Assembly: GCA_040766225.1 (NCBI GenBank)
Contig: JAXGQX010000002.1
Coordinates: 8,790-72,789 of the forward strand
Reading direction: 5' to 3'
Length of the DNA stretch: 64,000 bases
DNA from: Bacillota bacterium
GTDB taxonomy: Bacteria > Bacillota > Sulfobacillia > Fermentithermobacillales > Fermentithermobacillaceae
Shown: positions 11,199 to 20,428 of the stretch, one piece after another
Numbering within the stretch: position 1 is the first letter of the stretch
How the letters are laid out: every line of letters starts with the position of its first letter
The notes under the pieces: generated by a model
The model's input: only the letters and a program-made list of their open reading frames with translations
Told to the model about the DNA's origin: nothing
The model's database searches: none
Program-made: the position numbers and the translations under genes

Positions 11199-12337
11199 AG
11201 GTCCATAGGATACGCTTTGAGCATTTCGGCGGCATCATAGCCACCGACGAACCCGCGACGTTGCTGTGGGTGGATAGGGATTACTTGCGAGCCAGAGGGT
11301 TTGACGGTGGCACGGTATGGGAGGGAACAGATCCGGGCTTCCTATCGGGACCTGTCGAGGTAGAGATCGCGATCACGGCTCGCTGCAACCTCAGGTGTCC
11401 CTGCTGCTACACCTCGGCGGAACGGGGGGGACCGGACGTGTCGCTTAGGGCCGTCATCAGGGCTCTCGACGCCGCCGCCCGCGCAGGCGCTTTCCACGTC
11501 GCTTTCGGCGGCGGGGAACCCCTTATCCATCCGGACTTACTACGCATGGGCCGCGCTGCCCGCGAGCGAGCGTTGCTGCCATCGCTTACGACCAACGGAC
11601 GTTTGGTTACTCCCAGGTGGGCGAAGCAAGCGAAGGGTCTGTTTCCCCGCGTGAATGTCAGCATCGACTTGCCAGGCGGTCCACGGGATCCGGCGATGAC
11701 GCTGGACGAGTCGCTCGGTGCTGTCAGGACTCTTGTCGATAGCGGCATTACGTGTGGCTGCAACCTCATTCTGACGGAGGACATCATCCCCCAACTCGAC
11801 CGCGCGTTTTCCGAGGTCTCTAAGGCTGGGGCAGACAGCTTGATGCTCCTTAGGGCGAAACCTTCCGGGCGGGGCAGGGACGAATACGAGAGGATGCGCT
11901 TGTCCGGCCCGACCCAGTCCGCTTTAGTACCGCGCTTACTAGAGTTGTCCGAGGGCCACAAACTTCCCTTTCACCTTGACTGCGCTTTCGCGCCACTTCT
12001 TATGACCTCGCAAGTGTCACGCCGGCGCCTGGAGGACCTGGGCGCGTACGGCTGTATCGCGGGGGACTTGCTGGCTACCGTCGATCCCGATGGCCTGGTC
12101 CACCCTTGCAGTCACCTAGACTTCACCGTGGGCCGGATTGAGGACCTGCCAAGTTCGTGGACGGACGGGTCCGCCTGGGGCGCTTTCCGTGACCGCGACT
12201 CTCGCCTGACAGGGAAATGCTCTAGATGCGGCGTTAAGGACCTCTGCCGCGGCGGATGCGCTGTCGTCAACGCACATTACGGCCTCGGGCTCGACCAACC
12301 AGATCCCGGTCTAGCTTGCAGCCCGCGCTCGGTGTAG
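11195..12337 (+). CDS. Radical SAM/SPASM-domain protein with an N-terminal RRE-like element of peptide-modifying rSAMs
   Basis: CNLRCPCCY CxxxCxxC cluster. N-terminal IRFEHFGGIIATDEP...LLWVDRD resembles the leader-binding N-terminus of SuiB/streptide-type maturases. Cys-rich C-terminus (CSRCGVKDLCRGGCAV) is consistent with SPASM/twitch auxiliary clusters. Confidence 0.8.
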   Translation: MKVHRIRFEHFGGIIATDEPATLLWVDRDYLRARGFDGGTVWEGTDPGFLSGPVEVEIAITARCNLRCPCCYTSAERGGPDVSLRAVIRALDAAARAGAFHVAFGGGEPLIHPDLLRMGRAARERALLPSLTTNGRLVTPRWAKQAKGLFPRVNVSIDLPGGPRDPAMTLDESLGAVRTLVDSGITCGCNLILTEDIIPQLDRAFSEVSKAGADSLMLLRAKPSGRGRDEYERMRLSGPTQSALVPRLLELSEGHKLPFHLDCAFAPLLMTSQVSRRRLEDLGAYGCIAGDLLATVDPDGLVHPCSHLDFTVGRIEDLPSSWTDGSAWGAFRDRDSRLTGKCSRCGVKDLCRGGCAVVNAHYGLGLDQPDPGLACSPRSV

Positions 12338-12490
12338 ACCAACCTGATCCTGGCCTGGCTTGCAGCCCGTGCGCGATCTAGACCAACCAGACCCTAGCCT
12401 GGCTTGCAGCCCGGGCGCAGTGCAGACCAACTTGATCCTGGCCTGGCTTGCAGCCCGGGCGCGATCTAGACCAACCAGATCTTGGCCTAG
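12293..12490. repeat. Tandem repeat, 44-bp unit x about 4.5 (GACCAACCAGATCCTGGCCTGGCTTGCAGCCCGGGCGCGATCTA), begins inside the last codons of the rSAM gene
   Basis: Direct reading: units at 12293, 12337, 12381, 12425 and a degenerate fifth. Confidence 0.85.
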
Positions 12491-12621
12491 ATAGACTGCA
12501 GCCCGCACGCTCTTCGCACCGACAAGATCCCGGCCCTAAGCCGAATCCAAGTTCGATCTCGGCTCGATGCGCCGTCCGACCCCGTGCCGTAGTTGCCGAC
12601 GCCTTCATTCTCCCACTCCGA

Positions 12622-13020
12622 GTCATCAGAAACTGACACCTCTGGCACTAGGTCGTCAGCCATTGACGACTTCCTACCGCGGAGTCATCAGCCCGTGACG
12701 CCTTGCCGGCGCCGAGTCATCAACCACTGACACCTCTGGCGCCGAGAGTCGTCAGCCATTGACGACTTCCTATCGAGGAGTAGTCAGCCGGTGACACCGC
12801 CTGCGGCTAGTCGTCAACCACTAACACCTCTGGCACTAGGTCGTCAGCCATTGACGACCTTCCTACCGCGGAGTCATCAGCCCGTGACGCCTTGCCGGCG
12901 CGGAGTCGTCAACCACTGACACCTCCGGCGCTGGGTCGTCAGCCATTGACGACTTCCTACCGCGGAGTCGTCAGCCCGTGACACCTTGCCGGCGCCGAGT
13001 CGTCAACCACTGACACCTCG
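12622..13020. repeat. Higher-order tandem array of about 12.7 units of 30-33 bp in three alternating variants A-B-C (96-bp super-unit x about 4.2). Each unit starts GTC[G/A]TCA and carries a short inverted repeat; the B unit is GTCGTCA-GCCAT-TGACGAC.
   Basis: Units located at 12622, 12652, 12684, 12716, 12748, 12780, 12810, 12840, 12873, 12905, 12935, 12967, 12999. Stop codons in all six frames. No ORF of 60 aa or more between 12637 and 12956. Confidence 0.85.
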
Positions 13021-13149
13021 ACACCGCTTGCCCAAAATTCGGCACAAAGCATATGCGAAGTCATCTTGCGAACAGGCGCGACGTCTTGTACTATTGAGGC
13101 GTGGAGGTGACGGTTCCATGACAACGAGATTGCCCGGCAGGGCAGGCCT

Positions 13150-13316
13150 CCTAGAGCCCCAGCCACCGGCACTCCTAAGCCCCAGCCACCGGCACTCCTA
13201 GAGCCCCAGCCACCGGCACACCTAGAGCCTCAGCTATCGGCGTTCCTACGGCTCCTGTCAATCGCATTCCCACGGCCCCTGCCACGAGTATGCCCACCGC
13301 TTCAGTGGCCGCGTCG
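13150..13316. repeat. Tandem repeat, 24-bp unit x about 7 (CCTAGAGCCCCAGCCACCGGCACT, progressively degenerate), running into the 5' end of the antitoxin ORF
   Basis: Direct reading. Confidence 0.8.
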
Positions 13317-13616
13317 CCTGGGACTCCGACAAGCCTTCAACCTGCCTCTTCAGCGGGCCCGGCGGATACCGCGGCAACTGTCTACACCACAGTTAGCAGC
13401 CGGTTTCAAACCGTCATTCCGTCCGAGATCCGAGAGAAGTTTGATGTGCGAGAAGGTTCCCGGCTTATGTGGCTCGACAGGGGAGATTCCATCGAGGTGG
13501 TGCCTGTCCCGGTTAAGCCCTGGAAGGCGTTTCGTGGGGCTGCGCGGAGAAGCAAGATGTTGCTCAAAGGCGATGGTGAACAGGAAACTCTACTTGATGG
13601 AGACGATAACCCATGA
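13290..13616 (+). CDS. AbrB/MazE/SpoVT-fold antitoxin (VapB-like) with a Pro/Ala/Thr-rich N-terminal extension of about 30 aa
   Basis: TVSSRFQTVIPSEIREKFDVREGSRLMWLDRGDSIEVVPV matches the SpoVT_AbrB swapped-hairpin domain. 4-bp overlap with the downstream PIN gene. Confidence 0.7.
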   Translation: MPTASVAASPGTPTSLQPASSAGPADTAATVYTTVSSRFQTVIPSEIREKFDVREGSRLMWLDRGDSIEVVPVPVKPWKAFRGAARRSKMLLKGDGEQETLLDGDDNP

Positions 13617-14052
13617 GCGAGGCGTACCTTCTCGACACCACCTCCATTCTCGCGTTGTACCGCGATGAGGCGGGAGCCGATACCGTCGAGGAGCTTTTCG
13701 AAAAGCGAGAACGCGATGGGACAGAGTTGCTCGTTGCCTCAGTCACCCTCTTTGGGATCATGTGGATGGCCATGTCGGAGCAAGGTGAGGACAAAGCCTT
13801 TCGACTTCTACTAGACATCCGAGGTCTCAACATGCTGGAAGTTTGGCCTGACGAATCGATTCTTTGACGGCTGCCCGGCTGAAGCAGACGGGCCTCAGCG
13901 ACTCAGGGGCGTTGATAGCATCTTCAGCTTTGGCCAAGGGAGCCGTGCTTGTGCACAAGCGTCCAGAGTACAGAAGACTCGCCGAAGCCGACCGTGGGCT
14001 ACGCGTCAAAGCGTTGGACATCTCGTCGAGAGGCTCTTCTACTGGCTCTTAG
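13613..14052 (+). CDS. PIN-domain toxin (VapC-like), one frameshift near 13860
   Basis: N-terminal YLLDTTSILALYRDEAGADTVEELF plus LLVASVTLFGIMW. The C-terminal part SGALIASSALAKGAVLVHKRPEYRRL is in the next frame (ORF 13864-14052). Confidence 0.65.
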
Positions 14053-14058
14053 CCCTAT

Positions 14059-14150
14059 TCAGCCGCAGGTCGCCCGCCCGCCGCAGGTCGCCCGCCAGCC
14101 GCAGGTCGCCCGCCCGCCGCAGGGCACTCGCCCGCCGCAGGCGGTAAGAG
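14059..14150. repeat. Tandem repeat, 18-bp unit x 5 (CCGCAGGTCGCCCGCCCG)
   Basis: Direct reading. Confidence 0.8.
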
Positions 14151-14328
14151 CTAAGACGACGCCTGCGACCGCGGACAAAGCCTGCGTGTCCCTAGCAAGT
14201 TTTAGGCGAGGACTTCGCCTGCCTTGCGCTTTTTGACGCAGAGATCGCCTGATCCCAGGTTCTATGCGCCTTTTTCCTTGAATTTCCGCCAAAACGCCGA
14301 AGGCATACTACTGCCGGAGGTGCGGTCA

Positions 14329-15212
14329 ATGAACAGCTTTTCCGTAGCCTCAGGAAGAGCCCTCAAGTCCATAAGGCACCTCGTCAGTCAGGAAATCGGT
14401 GCCTGGGAGGCCCGAGGCGTTAGGATCAGCGTCAAAGAAAGTCAGGCAGGAGAGCTTCTGGTCTTGCGTTGTGAGGTCCCAAAAACCCGAGAGGTTGAGC
14501 CGCACGGAAATACTTCAGACGATAAAAGCTTCCGTAGCCAACGGATTGTCCCATATCATCGTCGACGAGTACGAGAAACTCCTGGTGGTCCGCCTGATCG
14601 ACGATAATTACGCGTACCTGTCCTCCATGACCGGGAGATCTAAAACGCAAGGCCATGTCAAAACTGGCCGGGCGGGACGGAGCTACGAGCATCGGGCACT
14701 CGGGACAGAGGAAGAGCCGGGTTTGGGCTAAACTGGCTGAATACCTGGAGCGAGAAGACGAAATCGTGCTGGAAGGCTTCATAACCTTTCGACTGAAGGA
14801 ATACCTGGAGGACCTGTTCGACACAGTTGAGGAGACCGTCGAGGATTACCTGACCGAACGTGAGTACAGGGAATTCCTAAAGCTTCTGAGACATTTCATG
14901 TCGCGACAGAAAGAGTCAACCTATCAGGTAAACATCGTGAGAGACGGGGTCCGGTACCAGGTGCTTGACGAGAAACTGAAACCTGTGTCCGGCGAGGTGG
15001 GAAGATTCTTGGATAGACCGCCTAGGGGGATCGACCTGGGTGTGGACGACCTAATCGTGAGCGCGGTGGTGACACTGGCTCCGGAACTGGTGGTTTGGCA
15101 CGGCAAGGTTGACGGTTCGCCGTGTTACGATCTCATACATGACCTCTTTGAAGGACGATTGCACGTCTGCCCCGGTTGTGCTCTGGACTCAGGCGGATCG
15201 CCGGTGGTATAA
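14329..15212 (+). CDS. ytxC: YtxC-like sporulation protein, 2 frameshifts (pieces in ORFs 14224-, 14399- and 14655-)
   Basis: GGAGGTG ribosome-binding site plus ATG at 14329. Lies immediately upstream of thrS as in Bacillus and Clostridia. C-terminal piece EYLEDLFDTVEETVEDYLTEREYREFLKLLRHF is typical of YtxC. Confidence 0.55.
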
Positions 15213-15224
15213 TGCCCAAAACAT

Positions 15225-15497
15225 ATAACGGCTGTGAAGAGGAAAGTACCTGAAGGTCTCGCAGAAGAGAGGGAAGGCCAAGGCTGAGAGCCTTCCTGCA
15301 GGCGACCGGAAGTGAACACCACCTCGGAGCCTCCGGCAGAAGCTCGCCCCGGACAGGGCAATCGAGATAATGCCGGCGCCAAGAGCGCGATACAGCAAGA
15401 CGAGGGCCGGCTAGCCTGATTCCTGATTATTGAGGGTAGCCTGGCCGTTAAGGGTGGAACCGCGGAAACCCCCGCCCCTTTTGGGACGGGGTTTTTT
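15225..15497 (+). promoter_or_regulatory. T-box riboswitch leader of thrS with terminator
   Basis: T-box sequence AAGGGTGGAACCGCGG at 15449-15465, followed by a GC hairpin and U-tract CCCCGCCCCTTTTGGGACGGGGTTTTTT at 15468-15497. Confidence 0.65.
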
Positions 15498-15586
15498 GTA
15501 TGTCCAACGGCTGTGAGTCGGCTGTGAATCGGTGGTGAATCGGTGGCGAATGTGGTGAATGCGGGGAATCAAAGGAGGCTATTGAT

Positions 15587-17540
15587 ATGTCTTTGGATGA
15601 AGTGCGAGTATCTTGCGGCGGAGCCGTCTGTGAGCGTCCCCAAAGACGGGACGTTCCTCGACGCCAAGAAGGCTTTGTCGTGGAAGAACGACGTGCTAAT
15701 GGTGTTGTCTGGAGGGGAACCCAAGGAGCTTAGGAGCAAGGTCCAGGGGAGTGTGACGTCGTCCCGTTGACCTTCGAAGACGAGCGAGCCGCTGGGCGCT
15801 CCGCACACCGCCGCTCACGTGCTCGCTCAAGCCGTAAAGCGGCTCTATCCGGGAGTACGATTGGGCATAGGCCCGGCGATTGACGAGGGCTTCTACTACG
15901 ACTTTGATCTAAAGAGCCCGTTCGTGCCGGAGGACCTGGAGAAAATAGAGGCCGAGATGAAGAAGATAGTCTCGGAGAACATCCCTGTCGTTCGCCAGGA
16001 AGTGGACAGGGAGACGGCAAGGAAGATGTTCTCCGACATGGGTGAGGACTACAAGGTCGAGTTGATAGACGACCTGCCTGAGGACTCGGTCATCTCCCTT
16101 TACAGGCAAGGCGAGTTCGTAGACCTGTGCGCCGGCCCTCACGTCCCGTCCACCGGCTACCTTAAAGCCGTGAAACTGCTGAACTTCGCGGGCGCGTACT
16201 GGCGCGGAGACGAGAAACGGCCTATGCTGCAGCGGATCTACGGTACGGCCTTCATGAGCCAGGACGACCTGAAGCAGTACCTCGACAAGCTGGAGGAAGT
16301 CAAGAAGAGGGACCACCGCAGGCTGGCCAAGGAACTGGACCTGTTCAGCATCCAAGAAGAAGGCGGCCCCGGCTTGGTCTATTGGCATGCCAAGGGCGCT
16401 CTGATTCGGGAGATAATCGAGGACTTCTGGCGCAAGGAGCACCGCAAGAGAGGCTACGATATCGTCTACTCGCCGCACATCGCCAAACTTGACCTCTGGA
16501 AGACGTCCGGGCACTGGAACTGGTACAGAGAGAGCATGTACGCTCCAATGGCCATTGAAGAAGTCGAGTACATGCTGAAGCCGATGAACTGCCCCTTCCA
16601 TATCCTGATGTTCAAGAACCAGACCAGGAGCTACAGGGACCTGCCAATGCGCATGGGCGAGCTTGGGACGGTCTACAGATACGAGCGTTCGGGCGTGCTC
16701 CACGGAGCCTTGCGCGTAAGGGGCTTTACGCAGGATGACGCTCACGTCTTCTGCACCCGGGAGCAGCTGGAAGACGAGCTGATAGGGGTCTTGGAACTGG
16801 CTCAGTTCATGCTGACGACGTTCGGCTACGCCGAGTACGAGTGTATGCTGTCGGTGAGAGACCCTGAGAACAAGGCCAAGTACGTCGGCGACGATGAGAG
16901 CTGGGCGTTGGCCCAGAACGCTTTGGAGCAGGCTCTCTTAAGAAAGAACCTTCCGTATACGGTCGAGGAAGGCGAAGCCAAATTCTACGGACCCGCCATC
17001 GACATCAAGGTTAAGGACGCTTTGGGGCGGCGCTGGCAGGGGCCCACCATCCAGGTGGACTTCAACAACCCCGAGAGGTTCGACGTCACCTATGTCGGAG
17101 AAGATGGGTTAAGGCACCGGCCCGTCATGATCCATAGGACCGTCTTAGGCAGCATGGAACGCTTTGTGGCAGGGCTGGTGGAACACTACGCCGGAGCTTT
17201 CCCGTTGTGGCTGTCTCCCACCCAAGTCACGGTCATTCCTATCGCCGACAAGATGGCGGGCTACGCAGAGAAGGTAGCTGCCGCGCTTCGAGAAGAAGGG
17301 TTCCGCGTGAACTGCGACCTCGGACACGAGAAGATGGGTTTCAAGATTCGGCAGGCCCAGATGCAGAAAGTCCCGTACATGCTCGTGGTCGGAGCCAGAG
17401 AAGAGGAGAGCGGGACGGTCTCTGTTCGTCACCGGGCGGGTGGCGACATGGGGGCCATGCCCCTGGATGCCTTCATCAGGGGGGCCAAGGAGGAACTGGC
17501 GACCAAGTCCCTTGAGATGCTGGTGAAGTCGCAAACGTAG
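15587..17540 (+). CDS. thrS: Threonyl-tRNA synthetase; N-terminal TGS region (15587-15820) carries at least 2 frameshifts, remainder intact (ORF 15819-17540)
   Basis: Class II aaRS motifs. HTAAHVLAQAVKRLYPGVRLGIGPAIDEGFYYDFD matches the ThrRS editing-domain start. Upstream frames give GTFLDAKKAL and VVPLTFEDE, matching the ThrRS N-terminus. Confidence 0.9.
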
Positions 17541-17599
17541 CGAAGCGTAGTCCAACCGAAAGCGCGGGGCGGCTCATCCGCCCCAAAGGCTAGACCTAG

Positions 17600-17830
17600 A
17601 CCTTGTCTTGGTGACAGGCAATATGCCTTGTGTTATACTGTGCCATGGACGAAGTAGAAGCCATCCGCTTCTCACCTTACGGCCAAAGCCAGTAAGGTTC
17701 AGAGTGACAACCGAGACTGTCTCCTTTTTTGGAGAGCATGACGTGTTGTGGGCGGGTGGTTCAACCCGCCCACTTTGTTTTCACAATACTGATCACCGGA
17801 AGGAAGGTGGAACGCGATAAGTCAGGACCA
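17600..17830 (+). promoter_or_regulatory. infC-rpmI-rplT operon leader: sigma-A-like promoter and intrinsic terminator/attenuator, consistent with an L20-responsive leader
   Basis: GTGACA-N17-TGtTATACT around 17608-17640. Hairpin GTGGGCGGG-TGGTTCAA-CCCGCCCAC plus TTTGTTTTC at 17748-17782, just upstream of infC. Confidence 0.45.
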
Positions 17831-17834
17831 AAGA

Positions 17835-18452
17835 GTGAATGAAGCGATAAGGGTCCGCGAAGTAAGGCTCGTATCCCAAGATGGCGAGCAACTCGGCATT
17901 AAGTCGACGTATGAGGCGCTCCGGATGGCGAGAGATCTGGGACTGGACTTGGTTGAAGTCGCAGCTCAGGCCAGGCCTCCCGTATGCCGGATTATGGACT
18001 ACTCAAGGTGGAAATACGAGCAGTCCAAGCGCATGAAAGAAACGCGGAAGAAGCAGAAGGTCCAAGACGTAAAGGAACTGAAGATGCGTCCGACCATTGA
18101 CGACCACGATTTTGAAGTCAAGGTGCGGTCGTGCCAAAAGTTTCTATCGGAAGGCGACAAGGTGAAGGCGACCATCATGTTTCGTGGCCGAGAGATGGCC
18201 CACTTGGAGAACGGTCAGCGGGTCCTAGAGGCACTCCTGGAGAGGGTCAAGGGTTTTTGTATAGTGGAGCGACCTCCAAGGATCGAAGGTCGGAACATGA
18301 TCATGGTGCTGTCTCCCAGGCCTCAACCCCAGCAACAGCAGAGCGCGCAGCAATCCGGGGCATCCGAGGGTACAAAGATAAGGCCCAGGCGACCAACGAG
18401 CCCAAGAGTGAAGAATGACGCGTCAACTGGCGCGTTAGAGGAGATGTTCTAA
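17835..18452 (+). CDS. infC: Translation initiation factor IF-3 with an unusual Q/P-rich C-terminal extension of about 45 aa
   Basis: CRIMDYSRWKYEQSKRMKE and MFRGREMAH signature regions. Confidence 0.9.
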   Translation: MNEAIRVREVRLVSQDGEQLGIKSTYEALRMARDLGLDLVEVAAQARPPVCRIMDYSRWKYEQSKRMKETRKKQKVQDVKELKMRPTIDDHDFEVKVRSCQKFLSEGDKVKATIMFRGREMAHLENGQRVLEALLERVKGFCIVERPPRIEGRNMIMVLSPRPQPQQQQSAQQSGASEGTKIRPRRPTSPRVKNDASTGALEEMF

Positions 18453-18619
18453 TGCCCAAGAACAAGATGAAGACACAGCGGGGCGAAAAAGCGCTTTTTT
18501 CGTAACCGGTACCGGGAAAGTCCGACACTACCATTCCGGCCACAGCCACAGGCTGTCGGGTAAGGATGCCGCCTGCAGGCGGAGACTAAAGAAGGACTCC
18601 GGTATCAGCGTGGCCCGAT
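18452..18619 (+). CDS. rpmI: 50S ribosomal protein L35, frameshifted (at least 2 indels)
   Basis: MPKNKMKTQRG then TGTGKVRHYHSGHSHRLSGKDAACRRRLKKD in shifted frames; TAATG overlap with infC. Confidence 0.6.
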
Positions 18620-18702
18620 GAAGAGAGGATCGTGAGAGTTGATCCCCTACAAGTAAGCTACAAGTAAGGAACGACAGCGCTTAGAGAAAGAGGGTATCCA
18701 TC

Positions 18703-19061
18703 ATGCTCGCGTAAAAACCGGCTTAACCAACCGACATCGTCATAAGAAGATCCTGAAGCTCGCCAAGGGCTATTGGGGCAAGCGTTCAAAGTCCTTCAGG
18801 ATGGCCAACGAGACCGTTATGAAGGCGCTCCACTACGCCAGAAGGCACTGCCGGGAGAAGAAGAGAGAGTTTCGAAGCCTCTGGATTTCCAGGATTAACG
18901 CGGCCGCCCGGGTCAACGGTATGAACCACATAACATCTTCATTAACGGCCTTAAGAAAGCCGGGTCCAGATTAATAGCAGATAAGCCAGCCGACCTTAGC
19001 GGTTTCCGATGGCAAGGCTTTTACGGAACTGGTTACCATGGCAAGGAGCCAGCAAGCGTAG
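18703..19061 (+). CDS. rplT: 50S ribosomal protein L20, frameshifted right after the ATG (atgctcgcg in place of atgGctcgcg)
   Basis: Shifted frame reads [42 protein letters not shown]...[19 protein letters not shown]. Confidence 0.7.
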
Positions 19062-19087
19062 CGTGTCATCTAGATCGGGAGGGAGGA

Positions 19088-20411
19088 GTGTGGGCGACGC
19101 CGACCAGGCTGGTCGTGCTGTCCTTCGGTGCGGTTATCTCAAGTTGGGGACACTGCTCCTGCTTCTCCCGGTATCTACGGCGGATGGGGTTACACCCGGC
19201 GAAGTTGATGCCTTGTTTACGGCGACGGCGGTGTGCGTGACCGGGCTCGTAGTGCGGAACACGGCGACTTTTTGAGCACCGCTGAAAGGTCATCATAATA
19301 GCCCTGATTCAGATAGCGGTCCAGTTTCGATGACCTTCTCCACAGCCCATGCCCTGGTTGTGGGAAGACGTATCGGGCTGCGTGAGCGGTTGGTTATCCA
19401 AGAGCAGACAGGGCAGTGGAGACTGGCCGGGGTCGTCAATCTCATTAAGCGAATCATACTGGTTACCCTGGATTTGAGATAGCGGGCACTCGGGGTTTTT
19501 GGCTCAGCGTTTTGATGACCAGGGGGCTAAGGGGCATTCAGGCGGTATGGAACGGCCTGTTCCACGCCGCTTCGGGCAAGCCTTGTAACGCCGGATTCGA
19601 TATCCTGGGGAACTCCCTCATGGACTATCCGTCAAACGCGCTGGTTACCCTCACCATAGGGTTTCTCATCGTACTTAGCGGGCTGGGTTTTCATGTTATA
19701 GCGGATATCATCGTCCATCGCGGCAAATGGTCGGGCATGAGCCTTCACTGGAGGCTGGCCATCAAGGTCACTGTGACGTTGATAGCCATAGGGATCTCCT
19801 GGCTAATTTCCTGCCGGCGGAGCTGGGAACCTGGGCACCCTGGGTCCGCTCGACCCAGCGAAGGCTGCTCGCTTCATGGTTTCAGGCTGTTAGCCCGCGC
19901 ACGGCAGGGTTCAACAGCAATGCTGTGGAGAATCTGCTGCCCCCAACCGTCTTAGTGACAATGGCGCTCATGTTCATCGGAGCCTCTCCCGGAAGTACGG
20001 GGCGGCGGAGTGAAGACGACTACTTTCGCGGTAGCCGTCAAGTCCGTAGTGGCCACAATCCGCGGCGAGGAAGATGTGAATATAGGCAACAGGAGGGTAT
20101 CTCGACATCGTCTCCAAGGCCTTTGCCATTCTGATGCTGGCGGTGTTGATAGTCTTGGTGCAGGCACCCTAATCCTTACCTGGACCGAGTCTAGGCCCTT
20201 TATCGACCTCCTTCGAGGTCGTCTCCGCGTTCGGCACGGTGGGATTGACCAGGGGGATCACACCCTCCTTGTCTGTGGTGGGCAACCACGACTATCGCGT
20301 TCATCATGTTTGTGGACGGGCCGGCCCCGTCAGCCTGGCGTTGGCCCTTACAGGCAGCGGGTCGAAGGCGGAACCATCCGCTATCCCGAAGAGAAAAATC
20401 GGTGTCGGATA
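19088..20411 (+). CDS. ktrB: Ktr/Trk potassium uptake membrane subunit, multiple frameshifts
   Basis: Fragments LFTATAVCVTGLVV, FHAASGKPCNAGFD, MALMFIGASPGSTGGG and KTTTFAVAVKSVVATIRGEED across three frames. Confidence 0.7.
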
Positions 20412-20428
20412 AGGCAGGTGAAACACTG

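Noticed and set aside
12622-13020. Possible CRISPR array
   Set aside because: Units are contiguous with no unique spacers. Three repeat variants alternate in a fixed A-B-C order. No cas genes in the window.
15909-16745. 278-aa antisense ORF inside thrS, and similar ones at 25170-25937, 28705-29730, 32412-32954 and 33036-33458
   Set aside because: Shadow ORFs opposite well-supported genes (thrS, pheT, the secreted protein gene, mutS2); biased composition.
18990-19090. c-di-AMP (ydaO-type) riboswitch upstream of ktrB
   Set aside because: ktrB starts (GTG 19088, GGGAGGGAGGAG ribosome-binding site) about 25 nt after the rplT stop. There is no room for a riboswitch leader.
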